Below are positions 18,401 through 37,121 of a stretch of DNA of 64,000 nt, in pieces. A model generated the notes under the pieces. That model ran no database searches and had not been told where the DNA came from. It saw only the letters and a program-made list of their open reading frames with translations. Both the position numbers and the translations under genes were made by a program. The stretch comes from the human T2T-CHM13v2.0 reference genome, Homo sapiens, in NCBI RefSeq assembly GCF_009914755.1, contig NC_060925.1. One strand, 5' to 3'. The stretch's first letter is position 1, and each line of letters begins with the position of its first letter.

Positions 18401-20302
18401 AGCTCCCTCTCGGCCTCCAGCCTCTGACCTCTCAGGAGGTGGGCTCTCCTCTGGGGGTCTGCTCCCTTTCCCCTCTTATTTTAGAGCTAGGACTCAGTGC
18501 AGCCCCTAAGGATTCCTTCCTCTGGTCACTGAGGTCATTATGGGGTCAATGCGGAAGTTCTCAGGAAAGGGAACCCGACCCCAAGCAATCCCTTTTCTTG
18601 GCCCCGTAGAGGGGAGTAGTGTGGCCAGACACCTGTTCGCTGACCTCTGAAACCCTCTGGGGGGACTTGGGAGAGCAGAAGCTGCAGCCTGAGGGCAGAG
18701 GAATGTGGGGAGGGCCCCTGGGTTTGGTGCACTAGTGGGAATTTAGGGAAGGACTCAGAGGAACTGGACCCCTGAGAATTGAGATGAGGGTGGGGTGGTG
18801 ATAGGAACAAACTTGATATGCACAAGAGAGATCAAGCATGCAAAAGGCCTGCAAATTGTTGAGGATGCCTCCTTTCTGAGGGTGTGCTGGGGGAGGGGGT
18901 TGTGGTTTGAGTATCAGTGACACTAGGGGTGATCTGTGCTCTCACAAGTTCAGCTGGGTCAGGATTCCTCTCCCCTCCCCCTCCCAGCTTCCCCAGGGTA
19001 AATACCCACCCAATTTAAGTTGCAGCTTTTGGACTAAATTTAGCTCCTGGACTTCCCCAACCCCCAGGCCTCCCTGTAAGCAGGTGCTCACAGCTGCAGC
19101 ATGGGTCTGGTGGAGAGTTTGAACCTTCTCCTCACCTCCACTCATCCAGATTCCACCTTTCTGGTAACTAGGAGTGAAGCAGAGCACAGGAATCCAGTGG
19201 CTGGCCCAGGGCATAAGTGTCTCAGCCTTAAGCCACCTTCTCCCAGGAAACCTGTAAGAGAAGAGCTCTGGTGGGAGACTCTAGATGGACATGGAGGGTG
19301 GTGGGGTGTAGAGAGAACAAGATGCCAGGAGAGCCTCCCTCCAGATTCTCTCCAGCCAGACCCTCTCTCATTCCTTGCTCTCCCCTTGTCCCCAGGTTTA
19401 CAAATAGAGACTTCATGTTAGCATCTTCCCCACCAGAGTAAACTGACCCAGGAAGCCCTCTCCTCTCTTTGAACCATGGAGAATCATGCTACCGTAGAAA
19501 TTATGGTTTGGGGAGGTGTGTGTTTCAAGTAGAGGTGGTTTGCCACAGGTAGGTGATGAAGAGCTGTCAGCTTTAAAGGGCAGAGACACCGTCTAAAGGA
19601 AGTAGAAAGCCTCAGGAAAGTACCTAAGTCTAAGTCTGTCAACAAGAGACAGAAAAAGTTTGGGTTAACCTCAAAGTAGCCAGCATAAACCCTGAATCTG
19701 ACTTTTGGGCTTCCTGACCTAGGAGACTGGGAAAACTCAAGAAGAGGGTGTTTCAGGGCTGAGTCTGAAGGAAGAAAGGATTTGAGGGAGGAATGTATAA
19801 GATTAGTCCAAAACAAGGTATGCACGAGATATGGCAGTCAGATGCCAGGGAGCCATCAGCTCTGCCAGCTGAAGGGGAGGTGCAGAGTTGGCTGGAAGCT
19901 GGCCAGAGCAGAGCATTTCTCCTGTGAGCACTGGAGAGCTGTGCTGAGAGGCCTGGGAAGAGCCCTGTGCTGGGGGAGGAAGGCTAGGTTGGGTCGGCAT
20001 GTTTGTGTGCTGTACTCTTCTGAGCCTTACCTGAATCTCTTGAGATAGCTCCACTGAACTTTGAGTGAAGAGGAAAAGAAACTGGGGGAAAGAGGGTGGG
20101 ATTATAAAAAAAGGAGCAGACTGTACCCCTGGGATCCCTAGGCTAAAAGGCCCTCCCCTTGATGAGACAGGCAGAGATCATCTCCCCTGGAACAAGGTCA
20201 CCCTTCCTCTCTCCCATCGCTACATTCCTCTCCTCCTTACTGTTGACTATTGGTTGCCTGCCTCTTTCATCACAAAATGAGACTCCTCTTTAGCTTTAGT
20301 AG

Positions 20303-20890
20303 AGGGTTGGGCAAACTTTTTCTCTACAGGAGTAGATGATAAATATGTTAGGCTTTGCAGGACCTATCATCTCTGTTGCAGCTTCTCTACTGTAGCAGCA
20401 CAAAGCAGCCATAGACAATAAGTAAACAAATGGGCGTAGCTGTGTTCCAATCAGACTTGTGACACTAAAGTTTTAAATTTTTCTTTTTTTTTTTTTGAGA
20501 CAGGATCTTGCTTTGTTGCCCAGGGTAGAGTGCGGGGGTGGGGCGCAATCATAGCTCACTGCAGTTTTGACCTCCAGGGCTCTAGCCATCCTCCTGCCTC
20601 AGCCTCCCAAGTAGCTGGGACCACAGGTGCAGGTCACCACACCCAGCTAATTAAAAAATTTTTTTTTGTAGAGACAAGGTCTCACTGTGTTGCCCAGGCT
20701 GGTCCTGAACTACTAGGCTCAAGCAGTTCTCCCACCTCAGCCTCCCAAAGTGCTGGAATTACAGGCATGAGCCACTGTGCCCGGCCCATTTTTTTCAACC
20801 ATTTAAAAATACCAAAATGATTCTTAGCTTGTGGGCCATACAAAAACAGGCAGCAGGGCAAATTTGGCAGGGAGGTGGTTTCTGACCCTG
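20303..20890. mobile_element. MER58-type hAT DNA transposon split by an antisense Alu (~20482-20787)
   Basis: ggcaaacttttt...gcagccatagacaata...gctgtgttccaat, resuming at ttcttagcttgtgggccatacaaaaacagg. Confidence 0.75.
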
Positions 20891-21195
20891 GGGATTTTTC
20901 CTAACTGGTGACTTCTGTTCTGCCTAGCCATAGAAAGTCCTGTTTGTGTCTCTTCCAGGCCTCAAAATACAGCTGTAGAACCTTTTAATTCAACATACTC
21001 TACTGATGCCTGGTTCTTAATTGCTTCTCCTAGGGAATTTAAGGACTTGAAAATGGTTAATAGAGTAAACCCTTAAGGGACAGTCCTGAAACTCCTTCTA
21101 TTTGTGTAGTGCTTTAAGGTAAAAGCACAAAGCACGTGTATCAATAGTCTCTCTTTAAATCTTTGCGGTAATAAGATAGCTGACAGTATCGTTAA

Positions 21196-23288
<2,093 letters not shown>

Positions 23289-24999
23289 TAGCACTGATAC
23301 ATCTTTCATGGTTCATGATGGGGAAAGGAAGATACAGCGACTTCCATCCTGTTTCATACCTGACCCCAACTACCCAGCTTTGAAGTGGGGCAAGGGGCAA
23401 GGAAGCAGGTAGCCCAGCAGTCCTCCCCGCCATCACCAGGCTCCTCTGCAGAGCTGTTGTTCCTTAAAGCTGACAACAAGCCACCTCATTTCAAAACACA
23501 CACACACAACCTCATTTTGACACAAAGTTGTTTCCCTCTTTCTGTTTCTCTGCTTTGCCTCATGAGGGATTTCTGAGAAATGAAAAAAAGTCACCTCCCA
23601 CAGCCGCAGCCTGCAGTTTTGTTTTTTGGTTTTGTTTTTACAGATGAAGAAGAGGGGGGTGGAGGAAAGGAGTATACCGCTTAAGCATCTAGTATTAATC
23701 CAAAACTCTGCAAAGTAAGAGAAATGCTCTTCCCATAGCCCTTCACCTGAGGTGTGTGCCCCACTTTCCTTAGATTTGGGCTCTCATGCAAAAGGAAATA
23801 AACAAGGTATCCTCCCCTCAGGAAAGTTCAGTAACAAAGCAGTGAAACCGAACAGCTGCTCCCTTGCAGCAGGCCAGCTGTCTCCCCTCCCCCCATTTCC
23901 ACCAAGGGCCGGAGACGGTGGGAACTGCTCCAGGCAACCTAAAGGATGGCGTTGTGAGCTGAGAAAGGCAGGCCTGATAGATCTGGGCATAGGAGCTTCA
24001 GGAATAAAATGCATGTGAATGCGGTGTTTCCCAGGGAGAATTAACCGCATTCTCGCCTTCAAATCTGAATACCTGAGAGTCATAACCAGCCCAGTAGGGT
24101 AGACTATGAAATGTATAGCAAAATTTTCAAAACCAGCTCCTCCTACCAGACAAGAAAATTAACATTTTTTAGGGCACAGAACTGAAAGCATTTTTACTGA
24201 AATCTAATCCAGGATGAAACCTAACAGTTAAACATTCTTTTCCTTCTCTGCTTCTTTGGCTCTCTATCCCAGCACACCTTGTCCCAGGCTAACTTGAGTA
24301 AACATACACATGTGACCACATGAGGGCGGGAAGAACACCAAGTGGGGGTGGTGAAATTCTGAATGGAATGCAGCCCCAGCTAGTTAGGGGGCCCCGGGCT
24401 GAGACCTCTGGCACTGGCAGTAGACTTATACAGGCAAAGAAGCCAAAACAATGAGCTCATGGGCAAGAATGCAGCCTGTGGGGAAGTCTGGGCAGCTAGA
24501 GCAAACTGGTTTTTTGAATCAGGATGGGAATAGCAATAGTTGAGTCTCCCACGGGAACAGGATCAGGGAGAGTGGAAGCCACCATTCAGTATCTTAGGGT
24601 TCCAGTTAAATAACTTTTGGAAGCTCTTATTAAAATTCTGTTCTGCAGACAGCATAGTGCTCTTAGGCAAAACCTTGGTTCCTTTCCCTGACTATGTAAA
24701 ACCTAGAGGGTGAAGGACCAGTGAGGCTCCAGTGACCTACCTTAGGTGATGCTCTTAAAAGAGCAACTTTATTCAAACCAGGCCTGCCAATGCCAACTCC
24801 TTCAGTCTAGATCCAAAGATGGCTATGATCCTGAGATTGTGTGTTTAGGGTCACCACTTTAACATGATACAGGAAGCAATTGAGTCTTTTCTACTTCCTA
24901 AACACAGTCCATCCAGTTGTGTGTCATTTATACCCAGTCCAGACTTATTTAGACCAAAGAGCCTTTTTTTCCTATCAGTGTTTTCCAAATTTTATCTTA

Positions 25000-28702
<3,703 letters not shown>

Positions 28703-29691
28703 TAACACTGTAACAACTTTGAAACTAAGAGGGAGAGAATTAAGTTTTCAAATTTGAAATTGAGAAGCCTTTGAAGAGTGGCAGCGTTCTAGAAAGTTCC
28801 ATGATTGAACAAGTGAAGCAAAAAACTAGGATAGACTCAACTGACCATCTGAACTCCAGGAATTAATAGCCAGTGCTTTGGGCATCTGGCTGGAGCCATG
28901 GTACGCACCAGTTGTACAAGTTATTTCATTTTAATTTTGTAAAAAAAAAAAAAAAATCCTTCGGCTGTCACAACTGTTTTAAATAAAAATTTTGTGAAAA
29001 AACAGTATGAAGACGTTGCTCTAGATACAGAACAGGAACTGAGAAAGTCTGGTTGTGTCAAATAAAGCAAAGTGTTGATAATTCTGACTACTGATTAAGG
29101 TTACCCAGTTACTATTAAATCCAAGCTTTTAAGGTGCTGAGCAAAGGAACACTGTACCAGAAACGGCTTCACATCATAGCACGTCAATGGGAGCAATAGC
29201 ACTAACTTAACTCAGGCCAAGACTTGGGCTTGGGTCCTCTGTGGCTGCTACTCTCCTACCACACCTTTGCTTGGGAGTGCACTTACACAGCTTTCTTTGT
29301 AATGATACAAAAAGTTGCTGCCTTTTGGTAGTTAGGCTCCAGAAAGGGGCTTCCAAACCAAAATGCACTTTTAAATAGAAATGCAACTGACTGCAGGGAG
29401 GCACAGAATCCTGATTGCCTGATTAGCATATGGTGCTCAGGGCTTAAAACCAAGTATGCAAACCTCACATTTGCACATTTCCATGGTGATTCAGCTCACT
29501 TTCAAGGTAGCTGAAAATAAAAGCAGGATAGGGGTTTTTGAAATTGACTGGCTTCTTTTTACCTCCTTTTGGAAAGCAGAAGGGGAAAAGCACTGCTGCC
29601 AAGAACTTCATCAAAACTCTTTAACTTTAGGTATTATTTAGGTGTTATGATAGAGTAACTGCTGTACAGTACCCTCTTACCTCAAGATCAA

Positions 29692-30315
<624 letters not shown>

Positions 30316-30590
30316 TTAAAGAGGTTTTTGATTTTTTTACTTGGAGGTTTAAGAACTCCTCTAAGTACAGCAGTAATATATTTAATTAAAAACCCAACAC
30401 CTCTAATTTGAATTGAAGAAAGGAACTGTCCTTTGCTCTAAGGCAAATCAACTTTGTGAGGCTTTTGCTTTGAATTCACCTGTACATATTTGCTCAGCTG
30501 ACTTCTCTAAAAGGTTTGCCTAAGAGAGGGAAGGAAAAAGAGGCGTCGATGAGAAAAGACCCATATCACACCCTGTATTTGAATAAAAGA

Positions 30591-30596
30591 TTTATT
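30591..30596 (-). terminator. MCL1: MCL1 distal polyA signal AATAAA
   Basis: tttatt on +; GU/U-rich sequence downstream on -. Confidence 0.85.
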
Positions 30597-32006
30597 TTTT
30601 TTTCTCAGGAAAAACAGAAAGTTAGGGAAACACACTACATTTGACAACCAACATTAATTTGTAGTTGGTCCTAACCCTTCCTGGCACAGCTATCAAAAGT
30701 ACAGCTGTTTAACCAGAACCAAGGTGTTCACCCCCCACAGAATGTACATGAAACACTAGAGGACTGCATGTTTTTCCCTGAGAGAAGCGTAAGACAAACA
30801 GAAGTCAAAAAGTAGTCACTGGGAGCGCCATCCTTCTAAGCAAATCCTCCCTTTCCCTTTTGGAGGATTTGCCCGAACTACGTAGCCAGTCAGCACTTAG
30901 ACCACCTGCCTCCTCCTCCCCCTATAAACCCACCACTCCCCTCCTCCTTTCCCAAACCACTTGGGGTGTCCTAAGCCCTCACTGCCCCAAGCCCAAAATA
31001 TCAACTAAGATCCTTGTCTGTATTTCCACAGTCATACCTAATGAATTGGGAAGTGGGGCCCCTAAAAACCAATTCACATCTATGCACTTGTTTCCACTGG
31101 ATTTGGCAGACAGGCTTTTTTAGTTACCGTAACCAGATCTTAAGATTAATTAAAAACTACATAAAGTGCTTTTAGGTCCTTAGAGATACATGATATAAAT
31201 AAGCGGCTTATGATCAAGAACGATAAATACATAGGTAAAAATAGCTCTAGCAAAGATGACCTTATGGCTCTGAGATGGGCAGGCAGGGCAATTCTTCCCC
31301 ATTACATTCTTAGTCATCTTATTCATACCTATTTTTAAATGGAGTCCACAGACTAAAGGTCATGTTCCGAGACTGAAGCTTTCAAATGACCCTAGTTCCA
31401 ATATAGACACTTTCTTCAGTTTATCAGTAGCTTTTAAACTCTGAGGTTTAACACAGCTCACCTCTTTCTGTAAATTTAAGTGAGCATACTCCTATACAAA
31501 GGAAACTTTAGAGAAAGCCTCATAAAATGTTCTTTCCTCTGAAAATTCCTGAGGGGACTTTTGACACATTGCCCCCAAAGACAGGATAAAACAATAGTTG
31601 AAAAGATACCAGTCCAAGGAAAAGGGACTTCCTCCCACCTCTCAATGACTGTTAGTGTCACAGCACCCATGGTATTACCACCTGCTAACAGGATCAAGTT
31701 CGTGAAAGATGAAAGGTCTGTGGACTCTTGGTGGGGAGGGAGGGTCACTCAGGTTTCCAGCAGGGGTTTCACAGTGCCAAAATCTAAAAGGGCTAGAAAG
31801 AGTTCAGGGATGGCAGGGGAAAGCTGTAGGAATTGATATAAATATCTGTAGAGGGAGCAGAACAATCAGCAATTTCAAGGAAGGACAGGAAATAAAAGGT
31901 TAAGTCTGATAGAACAAACATCAAGACTGAAATCCAAAGATGCCAATGCAAAAACTTGCAACAAGGTTTGGGAATCATTAATAGAAACAAAACAGTAAGT
32001 ATTTGC

Positions 32007-32012
32007 TTTATT
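32007..32012 (-). terminator. MCL1: MCL1 proximal polyA signal AATAAA
   Basis: tttatt on +; followed on - by a GU-rich tract (ctgttttgtttct); fits the known short and long MCL1 mRNAs. Confidence 0.75.
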
Positions 32013-32058
32013 GACATACTAGGCTTAGACCTGTGTGTGTAACAAGCAAGCCTAATAA

Positions 32059-32066
32059 TAGCACCA
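32059..32066 (-). promoter_or_regulatory. miR-29 8mer site (UGGUGCUA) in the MCL1 3'UTR
   Basis: tagcacca on +; miR-29 regulation of MCL1 is established. Confidence 0.8.
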
Positions 32067-33398
32067 TGGTTAGACTAGCCTGCTTTTCCAAGCCATCATT
32101 TTATAATTTATTAAGCAAACAAGGGATCAAATGTCTCTCCATCCACCTGATGTGATCTTTTTATATGCACACAGCTAATGAGTTCCATTCAGCTGAAAAT
32201 CTTTTAGTAAAAGCTTTAAAGATGAGCCCATGAATTCACTTTAAATTTCACCAGTTAAATTAGGTCAAATGGAAGGAACTCAAATGAGTATTGCCCAATC
32301 AGAGCCCATTATTTGTAAGTCATCAGTAACCTTAAAACTCCACTTAGACCTAATTATTGAAAACTTGCATATAATGAAGTGAAAGAATTTCCATTCATCA
32401 ACCTCTCAATCCCAGGTTTTCAAAGAAAAACCTATCTAAGGAATACTTACCAAAATCAGATAAGAAAATTTAAACCTGCATAGTTATCAGATTTGTTCCA
32501 CTACAACCAGTCTGCATACAGTTACACATCAATTCGTTCTGTATACACTCTAGAACTGAACAGAACAAAGTTTAGCATAGAAAAGCTGTAAGAAACAGGT
32601 TCCTAATTACGGAAGTTGCAAAGTTCAAAAGGGTATGAAAAAAACTAATGTAAATTCGATACTTCCTTCGTTTCAAAGAAATAGACTTTCTGTAAAAATA
32701 TATACAATTTTTACAAATACATTTACAAGCTGTCTTAAGAATTGAGGATATCCATATTCATAACTAATTACTGAGCCTTCCGTCAAGTATTATTGGTGAT
32801 AAACTAGGCTAATAAAGTAAGAATCATGGAAACCAAGCCAAAGTATAACAGGTATAAAAGTCCTGAACACTTGGACTTTCTAAGAAGTATACTGGGAAAG
32901 CTAATTAGAGAGAGGAAAAGCTTCCCTTGTACAGTACTGAGGCTTACAGTCATAGTTCTATTACTTGTAACTTTTACACAGGTCACTGGCATTCTTAGTG
33001 CTTCTCTTAACACTACAGTAAATTAATGAATTCGGCGGGTAATCAATTCTATGACTTGCCTGGCTACTGGCCACTTTCCTGTTCTCAACAAGGAAATTAA
33101 GTCTTTCCACCCTACCATCTTCACTAAATCTAAAAGTCCTCCTCCATAGCTTCCCAAACAAAGTTTGTTTGTTGCTGAAACTGAACTTTGCTTCTTTCAG
33201 ACAGTGACTCTTCAATCAATGGGGAGCACTCTTCCCATGTATTTATTCTTGTTAGCCATAATCCTCTTGCCACTTGCTTTTCTGGCTAGGTTGCTAGGGT
33301 GCAACTCTAGGAAGTTACAGCTTGGAGTCCAACTGCATAAACTGGTTTTGGTGGTGGTGGTGGTTGGTTAAAAGTCAACTATTGCACTTACAGTAAGG

Positions 33399-33515
33399 CT
33401 ATCTTATTAGATATGCCAAACCAGCTCCTACTCCAGCAACACCTGCAAAAGCCAGCAGCACATTCCTGATGCCACCTTCTAGGTCCTCTACATGGAAGAA
33501 CTCCACAAACCCATC
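33399..33515 (-). CDS. MCL1: MCL1 exon 3 CDS (BH2 end and transmembrane tail, ...AYLIR*)
   Basis: tctag|GATGGG; TAG at 33399-33401; missed by the ORF track. Confidence 0.97.
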   Translation of the reverse strand, partial: DGFVEFFHVEDLEGGIRNVLLAFAGVAGVGAGLAYLIR

Positions 33516-34268
33516 CTAGAAAACAAAAAAGAAAAGCACATTTTCAAGTATGGGTTTCTGCTCTCTTAACAACACTACTATCCAGAGAGAAGGTAAATTA
33601 AAATATCTAAGGTTTCCCCCTAAAGCAATAGTAAACCAATTATTATTCACCCCGGGGCAAAAAAAGAAAATAAGTTCTTCAGTTTCTTAAGCGGGGACCC
33701 ATGATAATTAAACTTCATTTTACAGTACTATCTTGGTCTTATTAGGATTTATCCTAACAAAAGGACTTCCAGAGTTCCCATGAGGTAAAAGACGAAAACC
33801 CTTATTCTCAAATCTCCACCACCTAATATTTCAGTAACGCCTCAATTGCGCAGATCAGTTTTTCTCAACGTAGTTAAGTACATCCTGCATCAGATCTGGG
33901 TTTGTTTAAAACGCAGGCTCCACCCCATATCTTCTCCATTAAAACAGGCACCGCCTTAGGAATTATTTCAGCTATCCTCCCCTGGTGACTTATTTTTTCA
34001 TGGTTTGAATCCACTGAAGAGTATTCAACTGAATTGGAACAAAAAATTGCCTAGAGAAAACCAAGATTTTTGATACAATTCAAGACCGCCATACCACTAT
34101 CTCTAAGGATCCACTACTTAAATCAACATCAAATAAACAATGGTCCTTTAGTTAGAGCCTGCAAACAGCCGTGCGTCATAAAAACCTTTAGATATCCCCA
34201 CCTCTCTAAAAAAAATCCTTCATTCTACTTCCACTCCAAGGCCCCTTTCATCCTTAAGGCAAACTTAC

Positions 34269-34516
34269 CCAGCCTCTTTGTTTAACTAGCCAGTCCCGTT
34301 TTGTCCTTACGAGAACGTCTGTGATACTTTCTGCTAATGGTTCGATGCAGCTTTCTTGGTTTATGGTCTTCAAGTGTTTAGCCACAAAGGCACCAAAAGA
34401 AATGAGAGTCACAATCCTGCCCCAGTTTGTTACGCCGTCGCTGAAAACATGGATCATCACTCGAGACAACGATTTCACATCGTCTTCGTTTTTGATGTCC
34501 AGTTTCCGAAGCATGC
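34269..34516 (-). CDS. MCL1: MCL1 exon 2 (BH1 NWGR); skipped in MCL-1S
   Basis: 248 nt, ctcag| ... |gtaagt; MLRKLDIK...VTNWGRIV...QRGW. Confidence 0.98.
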
Positions 34517-34867
34517 CTGAGAAAGAAAAGCATGCAGGTCCTCACGGCCTCCTTTGTCTAAACCGGCGCAAGATTCGCCTGCCCACCCGCGGCGGGAAAA
34601 TCGCTACTGGGATTTACAGAACTCAGGTTGACCCCACTTGAAATTGACATCCCACCCTTTCCGGTCTTTGAACAAGAGCTGCCATTTCCAAAAGAATCAA
34701 GATGGGCGGAAACAATGACTCATGGCCAGAATATTCTGGCTTCAGGAATAGGATGAGACACGTTTCAACACTGACTCGTTTCGGTTTCCAACCCACCCTT
34801 GGCGGGTGAGTCCGGGGAGAGATGGAAAAAAGGGAGTGAGGCCTTGGCGATTAATGAACCCCCTTAC

Positions 34868-35555
34868 CTTGGAAGGCCGTCTCGTGGTTGCGCTGCACGC
34901 CATCCCCAACCCGTCGTAAGGTCTCCAGCGCCTTCCTGCTGGTGGCCCCAGACCTGCCCATTGGCTTTGTGTCCTTGGCGCCGGTGGCCTGCTCCCGAAG
35001 GTACCGAGAGATAATCTCCAGCGACTGCCGGTACAACTCGTCCTCCTCCTCCTCTGCTGGCGGCGGCGTCGAGGGTAGTGACCCGTCCGTACTGGTGTTA
35101 TTACCAGATTCCCCGACCAACTCCAGCAGCGGCAGGACAGCCGGCCGCTTCCCGAGAGGCTCCGGCTCGTACCCGTCCAGCTCCTCTTCGGGCGACATGA
35201 TGGCGTCAGCGGCCGGGGCTTCCATCTCCTCAAGCGGCGCCGCGCGGCGGGTGGGCGCGAAGAAAAGCAGCCTCGCGGGGGTCGCGGTGACGTCGGGGAC
35301 CTCGGCGCCAATGGGCGGCGGCCGCGCGACCCTCCGGGAGTCTGGCGTGAGGGTGGACGGGGGGCTTGCGCCGGCGCTTCCGCCAATCACCGCGCCGGCC
35401 TCCCCTCCCCCTATCTCTCGCCGGGCCGAGGCCTCCTTCTCCGTAGCCAAAAGTCGCCCTCCCGGGCGGGTGGCGCCGCCGCTGCCGGCCCCCAAGCCGG
35501 CCCCCCCACAGTAGAGGTTGAGTCCGATTACCGCGTTTCTTTTGAGGCCAAACAT
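34868..35555 (-). CDS. MCL1: MCL1 exon 1 CDS (N-terminus, PEST/phosphodegron, BH3)
   Basis: MFGLKRNAV...STDGSLPSTPPP...LRRVGDG; donor AAG|gtaagg; 688+248+117 = 1053 nt. Confidence 0.98.
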
Positions 35556-35599
35556 TGCCAGTCGCCGCCGCCGCCTGGCTGAGAAAACTGGGGAAGACC

Positions 35600-35960
35600 C
35601 CGACTCCTTACTGGAAGGAAGCGGAAGTGAGAAGTGGCGAGCAGCTCCTTTATCACGGTTTTAGGGCGGCCAGTCCTACGGGGTGGCGCCAGCGAACTCT
35701 TTTTTTTTAAAAAAAGTATTCCCATAAAAGGGGAAAGGGGCGGCAGCTTCCGGAGGGTTGCGCACGGCACCTACCAGCTGCCCGGCCGGGCCGGGGCGGG
35801 GCCGGGGCCGGGGCCGGGGCCTGAGCGGGGCCTTCCGGTCTTCGGAGGCTCTGAGTGCCGTTTACGTAACGGCGGCTCCGAGCGCCTGGGGTCCTCCCAG
35901 AGCTCCTGGGCTCGAGCTCTTTGCATGAGCACCTCGGGCCTTCTCGTGGCTACCTCTGTG
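35600..35960 (-). promoter_or_regulatory. MCL1: MCL1 promoter: tandem GGAA ETS sites at the TSS, CArG box CCATAAAAGG (35722-35731), Ets site CTTCCGG (35747-35753), GC boxes, TTACGTAA (35862-35869)
   Basis: Motifs read directly; an SRF/ELK1 serum-response element is established for MCL1. Confidence 0.85.
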
Positions 35961-36690
35961 CTTCCCTGAGACCTGATTTGTGAGCCCTTTTTGCTGGTTT
36001 TCGCCAGAGGTTTTTTACCAAATCAAAATTTCAACCATTGACTAACACAGGGGTTGAAGGAAGAGGACGGGGAAGTTCAGTGATGGATGGGAACAACAGT
36101 CTTAGATGATAGGGATAATTAAGAGGGCATAGTTGGGGACTTGTGGTTATTTGGCACAGCTCTCTACTCTCAGTCCAATGTTTGGAAATGAGGATGCTCC
36201 ACGTGCTACCCTAAAGAACCATTTATGTAAGTGGACTAAGCTAAAACTGCCACAGCTAAACTATTCCTGCCTCCCTGCTTGCTTCTCCCATCTCTGTTCC
36301 ATAGTCTTTGGTGCTATTTACATATAGGCCTTAATCCATTAGAATCTCGTCTGAGAGTCTTGACACCATTTTTTGTTTGTTTTGAGACAGTCTAGCTCTG
36401 TTGCCCAGGCTGGAGTGCAGTGGGGCGATCTCGGCTCACTACAAGCTCCACTTCCCACGTTCAGACGATTCGGTACCTCAGCCTCCCGAGTAGCTGGGAT
36501 TACAGGCGTGCGCCACCACATCTGGCTAGTTTTTGTATTTTTGGTAGAGATGGGGTTTTCACGATGTTGGCCAGGCTGGTCTCGAACTCATGGCCTCAAG
36601 TGACCTGCCTGTCTCGGCCTCCCAAAGTGCTGAGATTACAGCTGTGAGCCACCTCGCCCAGCTGATTATTGTATTTTTAGTAGAGATGTG

Positions 36691-37121
36691 TTTCATGCGC
36701 GTCTGTGTGAAGACACCACCAAACAGGCTTTGTGTGAGCAACATGGCTGTTTATTTCACCTGGGTGCAGGCGGGCTGAGTCCGAAAAGAGAGTCAGCAAA
36801 GGGTGATGGATTATCATTAGTTCTTACAGGTTTTGGGATAGGTGGTGAAGTTGAGAGCAATGTTTTGTGGGCAGGGGTAGATCTCACAAAGTACATTCTC
36901 AAGGGTGGGGAGAATTACAAAGAACCTTCTTAAGGGTGGGGGAGATTACAAAGTACATTGATCAGTTCGGGTGGGGCAGAAACAAATCACAATGGTGGAA
37001 TGTCATCAGTTAAGGCTATTTTTACTTCTTTTGTGGATCTTCAGTTACTTCAGGCCATCTGGATGTATACGTGCAAGTCACAGGGGATGCGATGGCTTGG
37101 CTTGGGCTCAGAGGCCTGACA
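36691..37121 (-). mobile_element. Complete solo LTR of HERV-H (LTR7 family)
   Basis: Reverse strand begins TGTCAGGCCTCTGAGCCCAAGC and ends GACGCGCATGAAA; 5-bp TSD ATGTG at 36686-36690 and 37122-37126; interrupts an Alu. Confidence 0.92.

Larger units (their letters stand above)
30575..35640 (-). other. MCL1: MCL1 gene span including the ~2.8-kb 3'UTR
   Basis: Three exons join to 350 aa; ends approximate. Confidence 0.95.

Noticed and set aside
34851-34867. GKGVH* ending of the 234-aa MCL1 ORF
   Set aside because: Read-through into intron 1 past a strong GTAAGG donor
34900-35500. MCL-1ES intra-exonic splice isoform
   Set aside because: Known from literature, but I could not place its junctions confidently
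34742-35514. 214-aa alternative-frame and 208-aa antisense ORFs over MCL1 exon 1
   Set aside because: Non-ATG starts; expected stop-codon scarcity in a CpG-island exon
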